64,000 bases of DNA from a virus (taxonomy: Duplodnaviria; Caudoviricetes): the IMG/VR virus record IMGVR_UViG_3300032287_000883, positions 1,564-65,563 of that record. One strand, written 5' to 3'. Shown here one piece after another: positions 36,437 through 45,235 of this stretch. A program made the position numbers and the translations under genes. Position 1 is the stretch's first letter; each line of letters begins with the position of its first letter. The notes beneath the pieces are model-generated. The model was not told where the DNA came from. It did no database searches and worked only from the letters and a program-made list of their open reading frames with translations.

Positions 36437-37101
36437 AGTACACATGGTCGTACTCTAGCATCTCTCTATTTACGCAATGCCCACGTAAGTATCATCGACT
36501 GCGTATCGTAAAGGATATTGTTGAACCGCCGCAAGATCATCTTATCTATGGCACTGCGGTGCACAAAGCTGCAGAAAAATATATTCGTGATGACGAGCCA
36601 ATTCCGCCGAAGTTCAAGCAGTTCCAAAAACAGCTAGATGCGATGAAAGCGTTGAAGGGAGAAAAATATTGCGAATATGAAATGGGGTTGAAAAAAGATT
36701 TTACTCCGTGTAAGTTTAATGATCCGGAAGTCTGGGCAAGAGGCATTGTTGATTTGTTGGTAATAAACGGCGACAAAGCTAGGATTATTGATTACAAAAC
36801 AAGTAAGAGTAGTCAGTACGCGGATACGAAACAACTAGAGTTGCTTGCACTACTAACGTTCAAGCATTTTCCAGAGGTAAAAACTATCAAGGCTGGGCTG
36901 CTATTCCTCGTTGTAGAAGACTTGGTGCCAAGGGAATATCAGAGTGAAATCCAATCGACTGCATGGGTTAAATGGATTAACGATGTGCAACAGTTGGAAG
37001 CGGCGATGAGCACCGAAGTTTGGAACCCTAAACCTAACTTCACCTGCCGCAAGTTTTGCGCAGTCAAAGACTGTGAGCATAACGGTAGAAGTCAATATTA
37101 G
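36433..37101 (+). CDS. PD-(D/E)XK Cas4/RecB-like exonuclease
   Basis: WSYS..CPRKY, G.AVH, RGIVD, IIDYKT, QL, C..C....C.H. Confidence 0.88.
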   Translation: MKYTWSYSSISLFTQCPRKYHRLRIVKDIVEPPQDHLIYGTAVHKAAEKYIRDDEPIPPKFKQFQKQLDAMKALKGEKYCEYEMGLKKDFTPCKFNDPEVWARGIVDLLVINGDKARIIDYKTSKSSQYADTKQLELLALLTFKHFPEVKTIKAGLLFLVVEDLVPREYQSEIQSTAWVKWINDVQQLEAAMSTEVWNPKPNFTCRKFCAVKDCEHNGRSQY

Positions 37102-37110
37102 GAGGTAAGT

Positions 37111-37293
37111 ATGTTACGTGATGGAAAATTTATAAAAGAGGAACACCCTAAGATTGGGGCGTTCTATGTGCCGCAGTTTAAATTAGACACCCATACACCC
37201 GAAGAGAGATTCGTACAGAGTCTTTTATTAGGATATGAAGAAGAAAAAGAATCTTTCCTATCAAAATTCTTTGGGTTTATGTTACGCGTGTAG
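37111..37293 (+). CDS. Hypothetical protein
   Basis: RBS AGGAGG. Confidence 0.7.
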   Translation: MLRDGKFIKEEHPKIGAFYVPQFKLDTHTPEERFVQSLLLGYEEEKESFLSKFFGFMLRV

Positions 37294-37319
37294 TGGTATA
37301 AAAACTAGGAGAAATAACT

Positions 37320-38480
37320 ATGTATTACGTCAAACGATTTATGTCGTATGTGCTAGGGTTGTTTAGCCCCAAATACGAACCAATTGATAAGCCAGTTGTA
37401 AAAGAGAAGAATCCACGAAAGAAGCGTACGCCGTTCTACGTGTCTAAAGTTGATGGTAAGTCGGTGTCGTTTTCAGAATCCTTTTCTGAACTGCTGGCGA
37501 ATTTAAAGCATATGTTTGGGGTGATAGAACTTCCTACGTCACTATCGTGGATACCTGCCGACGAGAGGGTTGGGTTTACAAGATTAGGTATCTATATCCC
37601 CCATCCGTGGGAGATGACCATGATTAGTGATGATAAAGACGTAGTAGTAGAAAACATGGATTCTATGCCGACGATGATGGCAGTGGCATTTCCCCATGAA
37701 GATACTGAAGAAAGTGTATCCCCACAGGTATTTTACGCTTTGAAGTTGTCAAGACTACCGTTAGGCGTAGAGCCATTGCCGGGGCACCCATACAGGTTTG
37801 GGGAAGTGGTTAAGTTAGACGGCAAACTAATGTGGCTTGTCATGTATGTAGTTATTGATAAGTACACAGGTAAAGTGTCCATATGTCGAGAGCAGCGACA
37901 AGAGATAGTTGGGATAAAAAATAGACCGCGTAGTGAGCGAGACCGCACCCACTACAACAAGAAGTGGAACGGCAACCCCGCAATGATGCATGTGCATGAG
38001 ATGGAGAATAAAGACTTGCGCAAGGTGCAACACCATTACAAGATAATCTTTAAAAATGTATTCGATTGGTGGACACAGCGTAAAGACGAAAGCTGGAACG
38101 TATCTGTAAAGCGGGGTAAGCAACGACTAGTGTTCTCCCTAGACCGGATGGACACAAAGAAATACTTTGCCGACCGAGACCTAACTATTCGTGCAGCAAA
38201 TGGACAACGCAAAAAGATTATCCATTATGTAAGTCAGCATGAACGCATTGTAAAAGATAAGAAAATTACCATTAAAGAACATCTACGTGGCCTTAACAAG
38301 TTCACATGGAACGGATATGATTGTGTGGTAACAGCCCCTAAGTTCTCCCGCCTGAGTACCGTGATATTTGATCTCCCCCCACAGGAAGAGGAAGATTTAA
38401 TGAATGAAGAAGTGAAAATGGTTGGGATGACAAAGCTAGTTGACCTTTTAGCGAAACAAGAAGATTTGAAGTGGAAATAA
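37320..38480 (+). CDS. Hypothetical protein
   Basis: 386 aa; RBS CTAGGAGAAA; H.V..H.R..H.RG motif near the C-terminus. Confidence 0.8.
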   Translation: MYYVKRFMSYVLGLFSPKYEPIDKPVVKEKNPRKKRTPFYVSKVDGKSVSFSESFSELLANLKHMFGVIELPTSLSWIPADERVGFTRLGIYIPHPWEMTMISDDKDVVVENMDSMPTMMAVAFPHEDTEESVSPQVFYALKLSRLPLGVEPLPGHPYRFGEVVKLDGKLMWLVMYVVIDKYTGKVSICREQRQEIVGIKNRPRSERDRTHYNKKWNGNPAMMHVHEMENKDLRKVQHHYKIIFKNVFDWWTQRKDESWNVSVKRGKQRLVFSLDRMDTKKYFADRDLTIRAANGQRKKIIHYVSQHERIVKDKKITIKEHLRGLNKFTWNGYDCVVTAPKFSRLSTVIFDLPPQEEEDLMNEEVKMVGMTKLVDLLAKQEDLKWK

Positions 38481-38656
38481 TGGATACTAAATTTTGTACT
38501 GCATGCCAAGCAACACGCCCTACCGAGGGCGGCATGACAAGGAAAACTGGAAAGATTAACCGGTGGGTTTGCAAAGTATGCCAAGAGCGTAAAAATGTAA
38601 GCCCATATTTATCTGCATCGCGTAGACAAGGAGCCGATGATGCCGTACGTAAATAA
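38480..38656 (+). CDS. Small Zn-finger protein
   Basis: FCTACQ..RWVCKVC. Confidence 0.7.
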   Translation: MDTKFCTACQATRPTEGGMTRKTGKINRWVCKVCQERKNVSPYLSASRRQGADDAVRK

Positions 38657-38915
38657 ACCACGCCCATACAAACATGAGTACGAAACGTATGACGGTACAG
38701 AGAAGGTAAAGAAGAAACGCGCCGAACGTAATAAAGCACGGCGCATCATGATGGAAGCAGGTAAGGTGCATAAGGGTGACGGTAAAGACGTTGACCACAA
38801 AGTACCGTTGTCTAAAGGCGGTAAGACTACGAAAGGTAACTTGCGCGTTAAGACTGCAAGTGACAATCGTTCATATCCACGAAAGTCAGACCATACCGTA
38901 AAGAAGAATATTTAA
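38637..38915 (+). CDS. Small HNH-like nuclease
   Basis: GDGKDVDHK.PLSKGG....NLRV.....NRS. Confidence 0.8.
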   Translation: MMPYVNKPRPYKHEYETYDGTEKVKKKRAERNKARRIMMEAGKVHKGDGKDVDHKVPLSKGGKTTKGNLRVKTASDNRSYPRKSDHTVKKNI

Positions 38916-40469
38916 ATGCAAATAGTCGATAATAAGTTGTTGGTAGTGCGCACCAAATGGCCTAGCCGTATTACCGAAACTGTTAAGCGCAGTAAGGTAG
39001 TAGCGCAGCAAGGAGATGTTAGTGAAGTAGTGGTGTTTTGGGGTTTGGATGAAGCGCGTACATTAAGTAAAGTAGGCATACGCAAAGTTCCTTCTCCAAT
39101 ACTGAGAGACTATAACTGGCCCGGCTTGTACGCACCGATGTCACATCAGAAAGACACAGCGTCTTTCATGACAGTCAACCAACGTGCGTTCTGCTTTAAC
39201 GAGCAAGGTACAGGTAAAACCGCGTCGGCTATTTGGGCGTCTGATTATCTGCTTGAGCAAGGTAAGATAAACCGCGTACTTATTATCTGCCCTCTATCAA
39301 TCATGCAGTCTGCATGGCAAGCCGACCTATTTAAGTTTGCTGTACACCGTAGCGTGGACGTTGCTTATGGTGACCGTTCTAAAAGAAAAGCAATCATCAA
39401 CGGCGTTGCCGAGTACGTCATCATTAATTTTGATGGCCTCGACATCGTGAAAGACGAGATTAAAAAAGGCGGCTTTGATCTAGTCATTGTTGATGAAGCT
39501 AATGCGTACAAGAACCATCGCACTAAGCGTTTTAAAGCTCTGAAAGAAATAACATCTTCAAAGACATGGATGTGGATGATGACTGGAACTCCTGCAGCAC
39601 AATCACCATTGGATGCATATGGGCTAGCAAAAATGTGTGTGCCTGAACGTGCCCCTCTTATGTATACCGCGTTCCGAGATAGCGTAATGACGCAGTTAAC
39701 TAGGTTCATATGGGTGCCAAAGACTAGCTCTGAACAAACGGTACATAGGTTGCTACAGCCAGCAATTCGATACACCAAAGCTGAGTGTCTTGACTTGCCT
39801 GATGTTACGCACGTATCACGCTTTGTCCCTATGTCACCGCAGCAGGTTAAGTATTACAAACAACTTAAAAAAGATATGCTGATCAGTGCAGCAGGGGAAG
39901 ATATATCTGCCGTAAACGCCGCAGCAAATTTCACTAAGTTGTTACAGATAGCAGGAGGCGCGGTCTACACCGACAATGGTAGCGTAGTGGAGTTTGACGT
40001 ATCTGATCGACTAAATGCAATGTTAGAAGTCATTGAAGAAGCGACAGCAAAAGTTTTAGTATTTGTGCCATTCACACATACGATAGCCATAATTAAAGAT
40101 TTTTTAGCAAAACAAAAAGTTACTTGCGAAGTAATTAACGGCGAAGTGCCGGTGCATAAACGTACTGAGATATTTAAAAAGTTTCAAGAAGAGACAGACC
40201 CAAAAGTATTACTCATTCAACCACAAGCCGCTGCGCATGGAGTTACGTTGACCGCTGCAAATGTTGTCATCTGGTACGCTCCAATAACATCCATTGAGTA
40301 TTACCTACAAGCAAATGCGCGGGTACATAGACAAGGGCAGAAGAACCCTGTTACTGTAGTGCATATAGAAGGCAGTCCTGTAGAGACAAAACTTTACGCG
40401 GCGCTGCAAGATAAACTTGGTTACCACACCAAGATAATCGATTTATACAAGAACGAAATAAGCGAATAG
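38916..40469 (+). CDS. SNF2-family (SF2) helicase
   Basis: EQGTGKT, IVDEA, MTGTP, HGVTLT, QANARVHRQGQ. Confidence 0.92.
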   Translation: MQIVDNKLLVVRTKWPSRITETVKRSKVVAQQGDVSEVVVFWGLDEARTLSKVGIRKVPSPILRDYNWPGLYAPMSHQKDTASFMTVNQRAFCFNEQGTGKTASAIWASDYLLEQGKINRVLIICPLSIMQSAWQADLFKFAVHRSVDVAYGDRSKRKAIINGVAEYVIINFDGLDIVKDEIKKGGFDLVIVDEANAYKNHRTKRFKALKEITSSKTWMWMMTGTPAAQSPLDAYGLAKMCVPERAPLMYTAFRDSVMTQLTRFIWVPKTSSEQTVHRLLQPAIRYTKAECLDLPDVTHVSRFVPMSPQQVKYYKQLKKDMLISAAGEDISAVNAAANFTKLLQIAGGAVYTDNGSVVEFDVSDRLNAMLEVIEEATAKVLVFVPFTHTIAIIKDFLAKQKVTCEVINGEVPVHKRTEIFKKFQEETDPKVLLIQPQAAAHGVTLTAANVVIWYAPITSIEYYLQANARVHRQGQKNPVTVVHIEGSPVETKLYAALQDKLGYHTKIIDLYKNEISE

Positions 40470-40472
40470 TTC

Positions 40473-40500
40473 TTGACACTGTAAAGAAGTATGGTAGTAT
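40473..40500 (+). promoter_or_regulatory. sigma70-type promoter
   Basis: TTGACA-16bp-TAGTAT with extended TG. Confidence 0.65.
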
Positions 40501-40536
40501 AAGAAATCGGCTTTTGCCGAACACTAGGAGAAACCA

Positions 40537-40932
40537 ATGGCAACTGATCTACCTATCGATAAAATTATCGAGACGTATGTAAAAATACGTGATAAAAAAG
40601 AAGAGCTTTATCGCGCATACAAAAGCAACACCGCTGATCTTGAAGAACAAATGGCAGTGCTGAAACACAAGCTGCTTGAATTGTCTAAAGAGACTGGCGC
40701 TACCACTTTTTCTACCCCCGATTACACCGCATACCGTACAGTCAAAAATCGTTATTGGACTAACGATTGGGAAAGCTTTTACGGCTTTATGCAAGAACAT
40801 GCGGCTATGGGGCTTTTAGAAAAACGTATTCACCAAACAAACATGAAAGATTTCATGGAGGGTAATCCAGAACTGCACCCTCCCGGATTGCATGTAGACA
40901 GTGAATACGAGTTCACCATCAAACATAAATAA
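40537..40932 (+). CDS. Conserved replication-module coiled-coil protein
   Basis: Y.KIRD..DWESFY.F..LLEKRI.Q..PPG. Confidence 0.75.
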   Translation: MATDLPIDKIIETYVKIRDKKEELYRAYKSNTADLEEQMAVLKHKLLELSKETGATTFSTPDYTAYRTVKNRYWTNDWESFYGFMQEHAAMGLLEKRIHQTNMKDFMEGNPELHPPGLHVDSEYEFTIKHK

Positions 40933-40945
40933 CTAGGAGAAATAA

Positions 40946-41815
40946 ATGAGTGATCTTACTCTGTTTCAATCAAACAATCTGCCCGACTACTTAAAAGACG
41001 TTGAGCTTGATGACTTAACTAAATCGCTTGCTGGTAATACTTCTACTAAGCGCATCTCTATTCGTGGTGGCGTATTTCGCCTCATGGTATCTGGTGAGGA
41101 AGTAGCTAAGAACGAAAACCGTGCAATGAACGTCGTTATTGTTAACGGTGGTCGCGACATCGCTCGTCAATTCTATGCCGGTAAATACGTAGCTGGTGAG
41201 ACTGCTGCACCTGATTGCTGGTCAAATGACGGTAAGCGTCCTGATGCAAGCATTGAAAGCCCACAATACACATCATGCGAAGGTTGCCCACAGAACATTA
41301 AAGGTTCTGGTAATGGTGACTCACGCGCTTGCCGATTCCAACAACGTCTAGCTGTTTTGTTGGCTGATGATATTGAAGGTGACGTATACCAGTTGGCGTT
41401 AGCAGCTACTTCTATCTTTGGTCGTGGCGATGCCGACAAGATGCCTTTCCAACAGTACGCTAAATACGTTGGTTCGCAAGGTAAGAATATCAATACGCTC
41501 ATAACAGAGATGCGTCTGGACTCCGACTCGGATACTCCTAAGTTGACCTTCAAGCCAGTTAAGTTCTTGACCCGCGAACAATGGGAGATTGCTCGTGAAA
41601 AAGGTGACAGCCCTGCAGCTAAAGCGGCGATTACGCAGACCCCTGCGACTACTGATGGTGCTAAACGAAAAGCGTTGGCGAAACCTGAAGCCAAGGTTGA
41701 GGTCGAAGCTGAGGAAGTTAGTGAGCCGACAAAGCGTACGACGAAGAAGAACGCGGAACCTGCTGCGAAGAAGGACTTTGTGGATGTGATCAATAGCTGG
41801 TCAACTGATGACTAA
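40946..41815 (+). CDS. ssDNA-binding / recombination-type protein
   Basis: RISIRGG.F, PDCWS.DG..PD, C..CP.N..GSG..ACR; acidic C-terminus ending W..DD. Confidence 0.6.
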   Translation: MSDLTLFQSNNLPDYLKDVELDDLTKSLAGNTSTKRISIRGGVFRLMVSGEEVAKNENRAMNVVIVNGGRDIARQFYAGKYVAGETAAPDCWSNDGKRPDASIESPQYTSCEGCPQNIKGSGNGDSRACRFQQRLAVLLADDIEGDVYQLALAATSIFGRGDADKMPFQQYAKYVGSQGKNINTLITEMRLDSDSDTPKLTFKPVKFLTREQWEIAREKGDSPAAKAAITQTPATTDGAKRKALAKPEAKVEVEAEEVSEPTKRTTKKNAEPAAKKDFVDVINSWSTDD

Positions 41816-41817
41816 TC

Positions 41818-42060
41818 ATGGACAACCGTGGTTACGCTTCAAGAATCACCAAAGCGAACTTAGCGGCTAGTGTGGAAAGCCCCGGTGTAGCGCTGGGGCG
41901 CTTCTGCATTACCAAAGAAATTCCAGTATCAGATGTAGCAGAATATTTTGGCGTTAGTAGGATGACTATCTACAAATGGTTTGTAGGCGAATGGGTACCT
42001 CGCAAATCTAACGCTGAAAAGATATGGGACATGCTGAAACGAGCTAAGTTCTCCCTATAA
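41818..42060 (+). CDS. Cro/CI-type HTH DNA-binding protein
   Basis: VSDVAEYFGVSRMTIYKWF.G...P. Confidence 0.8.
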   Translation: MDNRGYASRITKANLAASVESPGVALGRFCITKEIPVSDVAEYFGVSRMTIYKWFVGEWVPRKSNAEKIWDMLKRAKFSL

Positions 42061-42083
42061 CCTCGGCATTGGCGGCGATAAAA

Positions 42084-44927
42084 ATGGCAAAGACAGACTT
42101 GTTGTCCGCTGTACTCTCCGATGAAGGATGGTACTGCGTAGTGGGTCTAAAGAAGACCGGAATGCCGAAGCAAGTATTCGTGCAAACTCTGGGGGAAGTT
42201 GATCAGGAAATAGATGATTTACTAGCAAAGAACTATGACGTTTACTTTGCTTGTTCTAAGTACGAAATAAATAGCACTCGCACGACCGACAACGTCAAGA
42301 ACATCAAAGCGTTCTGGTTGGATATTGACTGCGGCGAAGGCAAGCCATACGCGTCACAAGGAGATGGAGTACAAGCACTTAAACATTTTTGTGCTGATCT
42401 CGGCTTACCTAAACCAACGTTAGTTAATTCAGGTCGTGGGGTGCATGTTTATTGGGCGCTCAAGGAGCCTATCACTCGGCAACAATGGAAGCCAGTTGCT
42501 GACAGGTTAAAGATAATTTGCCACGAACGTGGACTCCATGCAGACCCTGCTCGTACTGCTGATGCGGCTTCTATTCTTCGCATACCCGAAACATTTAATA
42601 CAAAAAGCGACCCTCCGTTAGATGTAGTCTTGATGTGTATTGGCACTGAGACTATTTACGAGGAATTTAAAAACATCGTAGGCATACTTGAAGAAGCTCC
42701 TGAGTATGCTCACACTCAGATTAACGAGTTAACAAAATCGTTGATGGGTAATAAGCAATCTCGATTCTCGACCATTATGATGAAGGTTGAGAAAGATAAC
42801 GCTTGCCCTCAGTTAGCTTCAGCAGTTGCAGATCAAGAGACTTTAGAAGAGCCTCGATGGAGAGCCGCGTTATCTATAGCCGCACATTGTGTGGATATGG
42901 AAAAGGCTGTGCATGACATATCGTTTAAGCATCCTGAGTATTCAGAGTCGGGAGCTTTAAACAAAGCATCGAGGATAAAAGGGCCATACACTTGCGACGC
43001 GTTTAGCAAGATCAACCCTGACGGCTGTAATAATTGTCCGAATAAAGGCAAGATCACATCTCCTATTGTGCTTGGGCAGGAAATTGTAGCGGCAGAACCA
43101 GAAGATAACGTCGTGCAGTTTACCGCAGCCGACGCGATTAAGCCGGTGACTTACACCATACCAGAATACCCGTACCCATATTTTCGCGGTAAGACGGGTG
43201 GTGTGTACAAGAAAGCAGACGACGAAGATGAAGACGAAGCCGTGCTTATTTATGAGCATGACCTCTACGTAGTAAAACGTATGAAAGACCCTCAGCATGG
43301 TGAAGTTGTCTGGATGCGATTGCACACTCCCAAAGATGGTGTGCGAGAGTTTGCACTTCCGGCGGTTGACTTGCTGACCACAGAAAAGCTACGAGAAAAA
43401 CTGGCGTGGTTTGGCGTTATCGCGATGAAAAAACAGATGGACACGATCATGGCTTACATCGTCAGATTTACAAAAGAACTGCAATGCAGAGAAGGAGCAG
43501 ACATTATGCGTACTCAGTTCGGGTGGACTGATAGTAATCGTTCATTCGTTATAGGAGATACCGAGATATGCGCTGATGGTGACCGCTATAGTCCCCCATC
43601 AAGTTACACTGCGCCCCTTGCTGATTATTTTATTCCTGTAGGTTCGTTGGAAGAATGGAAGAAGGTAATCAGCGTGTATGACATGCCGGGGCTTGAGCCT
43701 ATGGCGTTTGGGTTTTTTACCGGTTTCGGCGCACCGTTACTGAAACACTTAAACCTCAAAGGTGCCCTGATCAACATGATCAACAACCAATCAGGCACGG
43801 GTAAAACCACGGCGATCAAAGCGATGCATAGCATCTATGGGCACCCAGAAGAAGTGATGTTGATTCAGCGGGATACCATGAACGTCAAGCTACATAGGCT
43901 AGGGGTAATGAACAATTTACCACTTGGTTGTGACGAGCTTACTAAGATGACTCCAGAGGATTTCTCTGACCTGTCATACGCTGCTTCGCAGGGTAGGGGT
44001 AGAGCTAGGATGAAGTCTAGTGAAAACGCCGAGCGTAATAACTTCGCTAGATGGGAAACAATCCTCTTATGTTCTTCAAATGCTTCTGCTGTAGATAAGC
44101 TGAAGTCCTTAAAGGCAACGGCAGACGGTGAGTTGATGCGTGTTATCGAGTACAGCATTCCTGAGACTAAGGTAATGACGAAAGAGGAAGCCGACGAAAT
44201 CTTCCCTAAGTTGTACACCAACTACGGACATGCTGGGCGTATCTACCTCCGTGATCTGGTTTGTAACCTTGAAGAACGTATCAGGGAAATAAAAGACATA
44301 CAGCTTCTTATCGACCGCAAAGTCGGCTTTACAAACCGAGAGCGTTTCTGGTCAGGCGTGGCAGCTTGCAATATTGCCGGTGCTATGTTTGCACGTAGAC
44401 TTGGTTTGATAGACATCGATGTTGGCAGAGTGTTCAAGTGGTTAGTTAAAGAGTTCACTCAGATGCGTCAGGAGATTAAGCCCCCTGCATCTAGCTATGC
44501 TAGCGTAGTAGGAGAGTATTGGAACGAACAGCGCCAGAATACTTTGGTTATTAACGACGAGATAGATAAACGCACGGGGGTCGAGTTACTGCCGATTCTG
44601 GAGCCGCGAGGGGAGTTGACGGTGCGTATGGAACCGGATACTCAGAAGCTCTTTATCATCTCTAAGAAGTTCCGCGAGTATTGTTCGAAGAACCAGATAA
44701 CATTAAAGGATGTTTTGAACGCGTTGGCATCGGAAGGAGTTTACGTCGGTGCTATCAAAAAACGGATGTCTAAAGGCACAAAGCTATCAAGCACCCCGCC
44801 AGTAGATACTTATGTTTTTGATTGCTCCCGTGGCGATTTCCTTGATCCTGATACATACATCGATGCGGCGAAAGCCGAAAACGTTGCAGATGGTGAGGCA
44901 TTAGCCACCGGCACTGATGGTCATTGA
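42084..44927 (+). CDS. Primase-helicase (AEP/RepB-like primase plus DUF927-type P-loop)
   Basis: WLDIDC, SGRGVHVYW, LRIP.T.N, Cys cluster, FGW, SGTGKTT, CDE. Confidence 0.85.
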   Translation: MAKTDLLSAVLSDEGWYCVVGLKKTGMPKQVFVQTLGEVDQEIDDLLAKNYDVYFACSKYEINSTRTTDNVKNIKAFWLDIDCGEGKPYASQGDGVQALKHFCADLGLPKPTLVNSGRGVHVYWALKEPITRQQWKPVADRLKIICHERGLHADPARTADAASILRIPETFNTKSDPPLDVVLMCIGTETIYEEFKNIVGILEEAPEYAHTQINELTKSLMGNKQSRFSTIMMKVEKDNACPQLASAVADQETLEEPRWRAALSIAAHCVDMEKAVHDISFKHPEYSESGALNKASRIKGPYTCDAFSKINPDGCNNCPNKGKITSPIVLGQEIVAAEPEDNVVQFTAADAIKPVTYTIPEYPYPYFRGKTGGVYKKADDEDEDEAVLIYEHDLYVVKRMKDPQHGEVVWMRLHTPKDGVREFALPAVDLLTTEKLREKLAWFGVIAMKKQMDTIMAYIVRFTKELQCREGADIMRTQFGWTDSNRSFVIGDTEICADGDRYSPPSSYTAPLADYFIPVGSLEEWKKVISVYDMPGLEPMAFGFFTGFGAPLLKHLNLKGALINMINNQSGTGKTTAIKAMHSIYGHPEEVMLIQRDTMNVKLHRLGVMNNLPLGCDELTKMTPEDFSDLSYAASQGRGRARMKSSENAERNNFARWETILLCSSNASAVDKLKSLKATADGELMRVIEYSIPETKVMTKEEADEIFPKLYTNYGHAGRIYLRDLVCNLEERIREIKDIQLLIDRKVGFTNRERFWSGVAACNIAGAMFARRLGLIDIDVGRVFKWLVKEFTQMRQEIKPPASSYASVVGEYWNEQRQNTLVINDEIDKRTGVELLPILEPRGELTVRMEPDTQKLFIISKKFREYCSKNQITLKDVLNALASEGVYVGAIKKRMSKGTKLSSTPPVDTYVFDCSRGDFLDPDTYIDAAKAENVADGEALATGTDGH

Positions 44928-45114
44928 TGGGGTTAGCTACAATGTGAATTGGAGGAAGTTCCCGATAGGGGCTTCCTTTTTTATCCCTTGCATACATGCA
45001 CAGCAAGCCAGAGAAGATGTGAGAGCCGTTGCTCGCCGACTTGGATTTAAAGTAATTAGTAAAGTTGTAATCGAAGAAGGTATTCGAGGCTTGCGAGTTT
45101 GGAGAATTAAGTAG
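44917..45114 (+). CDS. Small conserved protein
   Basis: W..F..G.SFFIPC..GLRVWR. Confidence 0.75.
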   Translation: MVIDGVSYNVNWRKFPIGASFFIPCIHAQQAREDVRAVARRLGFKVISKVVIEEGIRGLRVWRIK

Positions 45115-45120
45115 TATGAT
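45091..45120 (+). promoter_or_regulatory. Possible promoter for an intergenic sRNA
   Basis: TTGCGA-18bp-TATGAT. Confidence 0.45.
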
Positions 45121-45125
45121 GGGCA

Positions 45126-45235
45126 CTCAACGTTTTTTTCACGTTGTTTCTCCTGTGTTACCCTCTTGGCATTCTTCTCGCTTGGCTAAGAGGCTTTATA
45201 CCCCCGGCATCCCCTCTTCGCCGGGGGTCTTTTTT
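45126..45235 (+). ncRNA. Candidate three-hairpin sRNA with an anti-RBS segment
   Basis: Hairpins 45128-46, 45162-93, 45200-28 with pyrimidine-rich loops; UUGUUUCUCCUG at 45144-55. Confidence 0.5.
45200..45235 (+). terminator. Terminator at the convergence of the two transcription arms
   Basis: ACCCCCGGC-11nt-GCCGGGGGT-C-T6. Confidence 0.85.

Noticed and set aside
36433-37101. Cas4-like gene as part of a CRISPR-Cas system
   Set aside because: No cas1/cas2 or array; solo Cas4-like nucleases are common in phage replication modules
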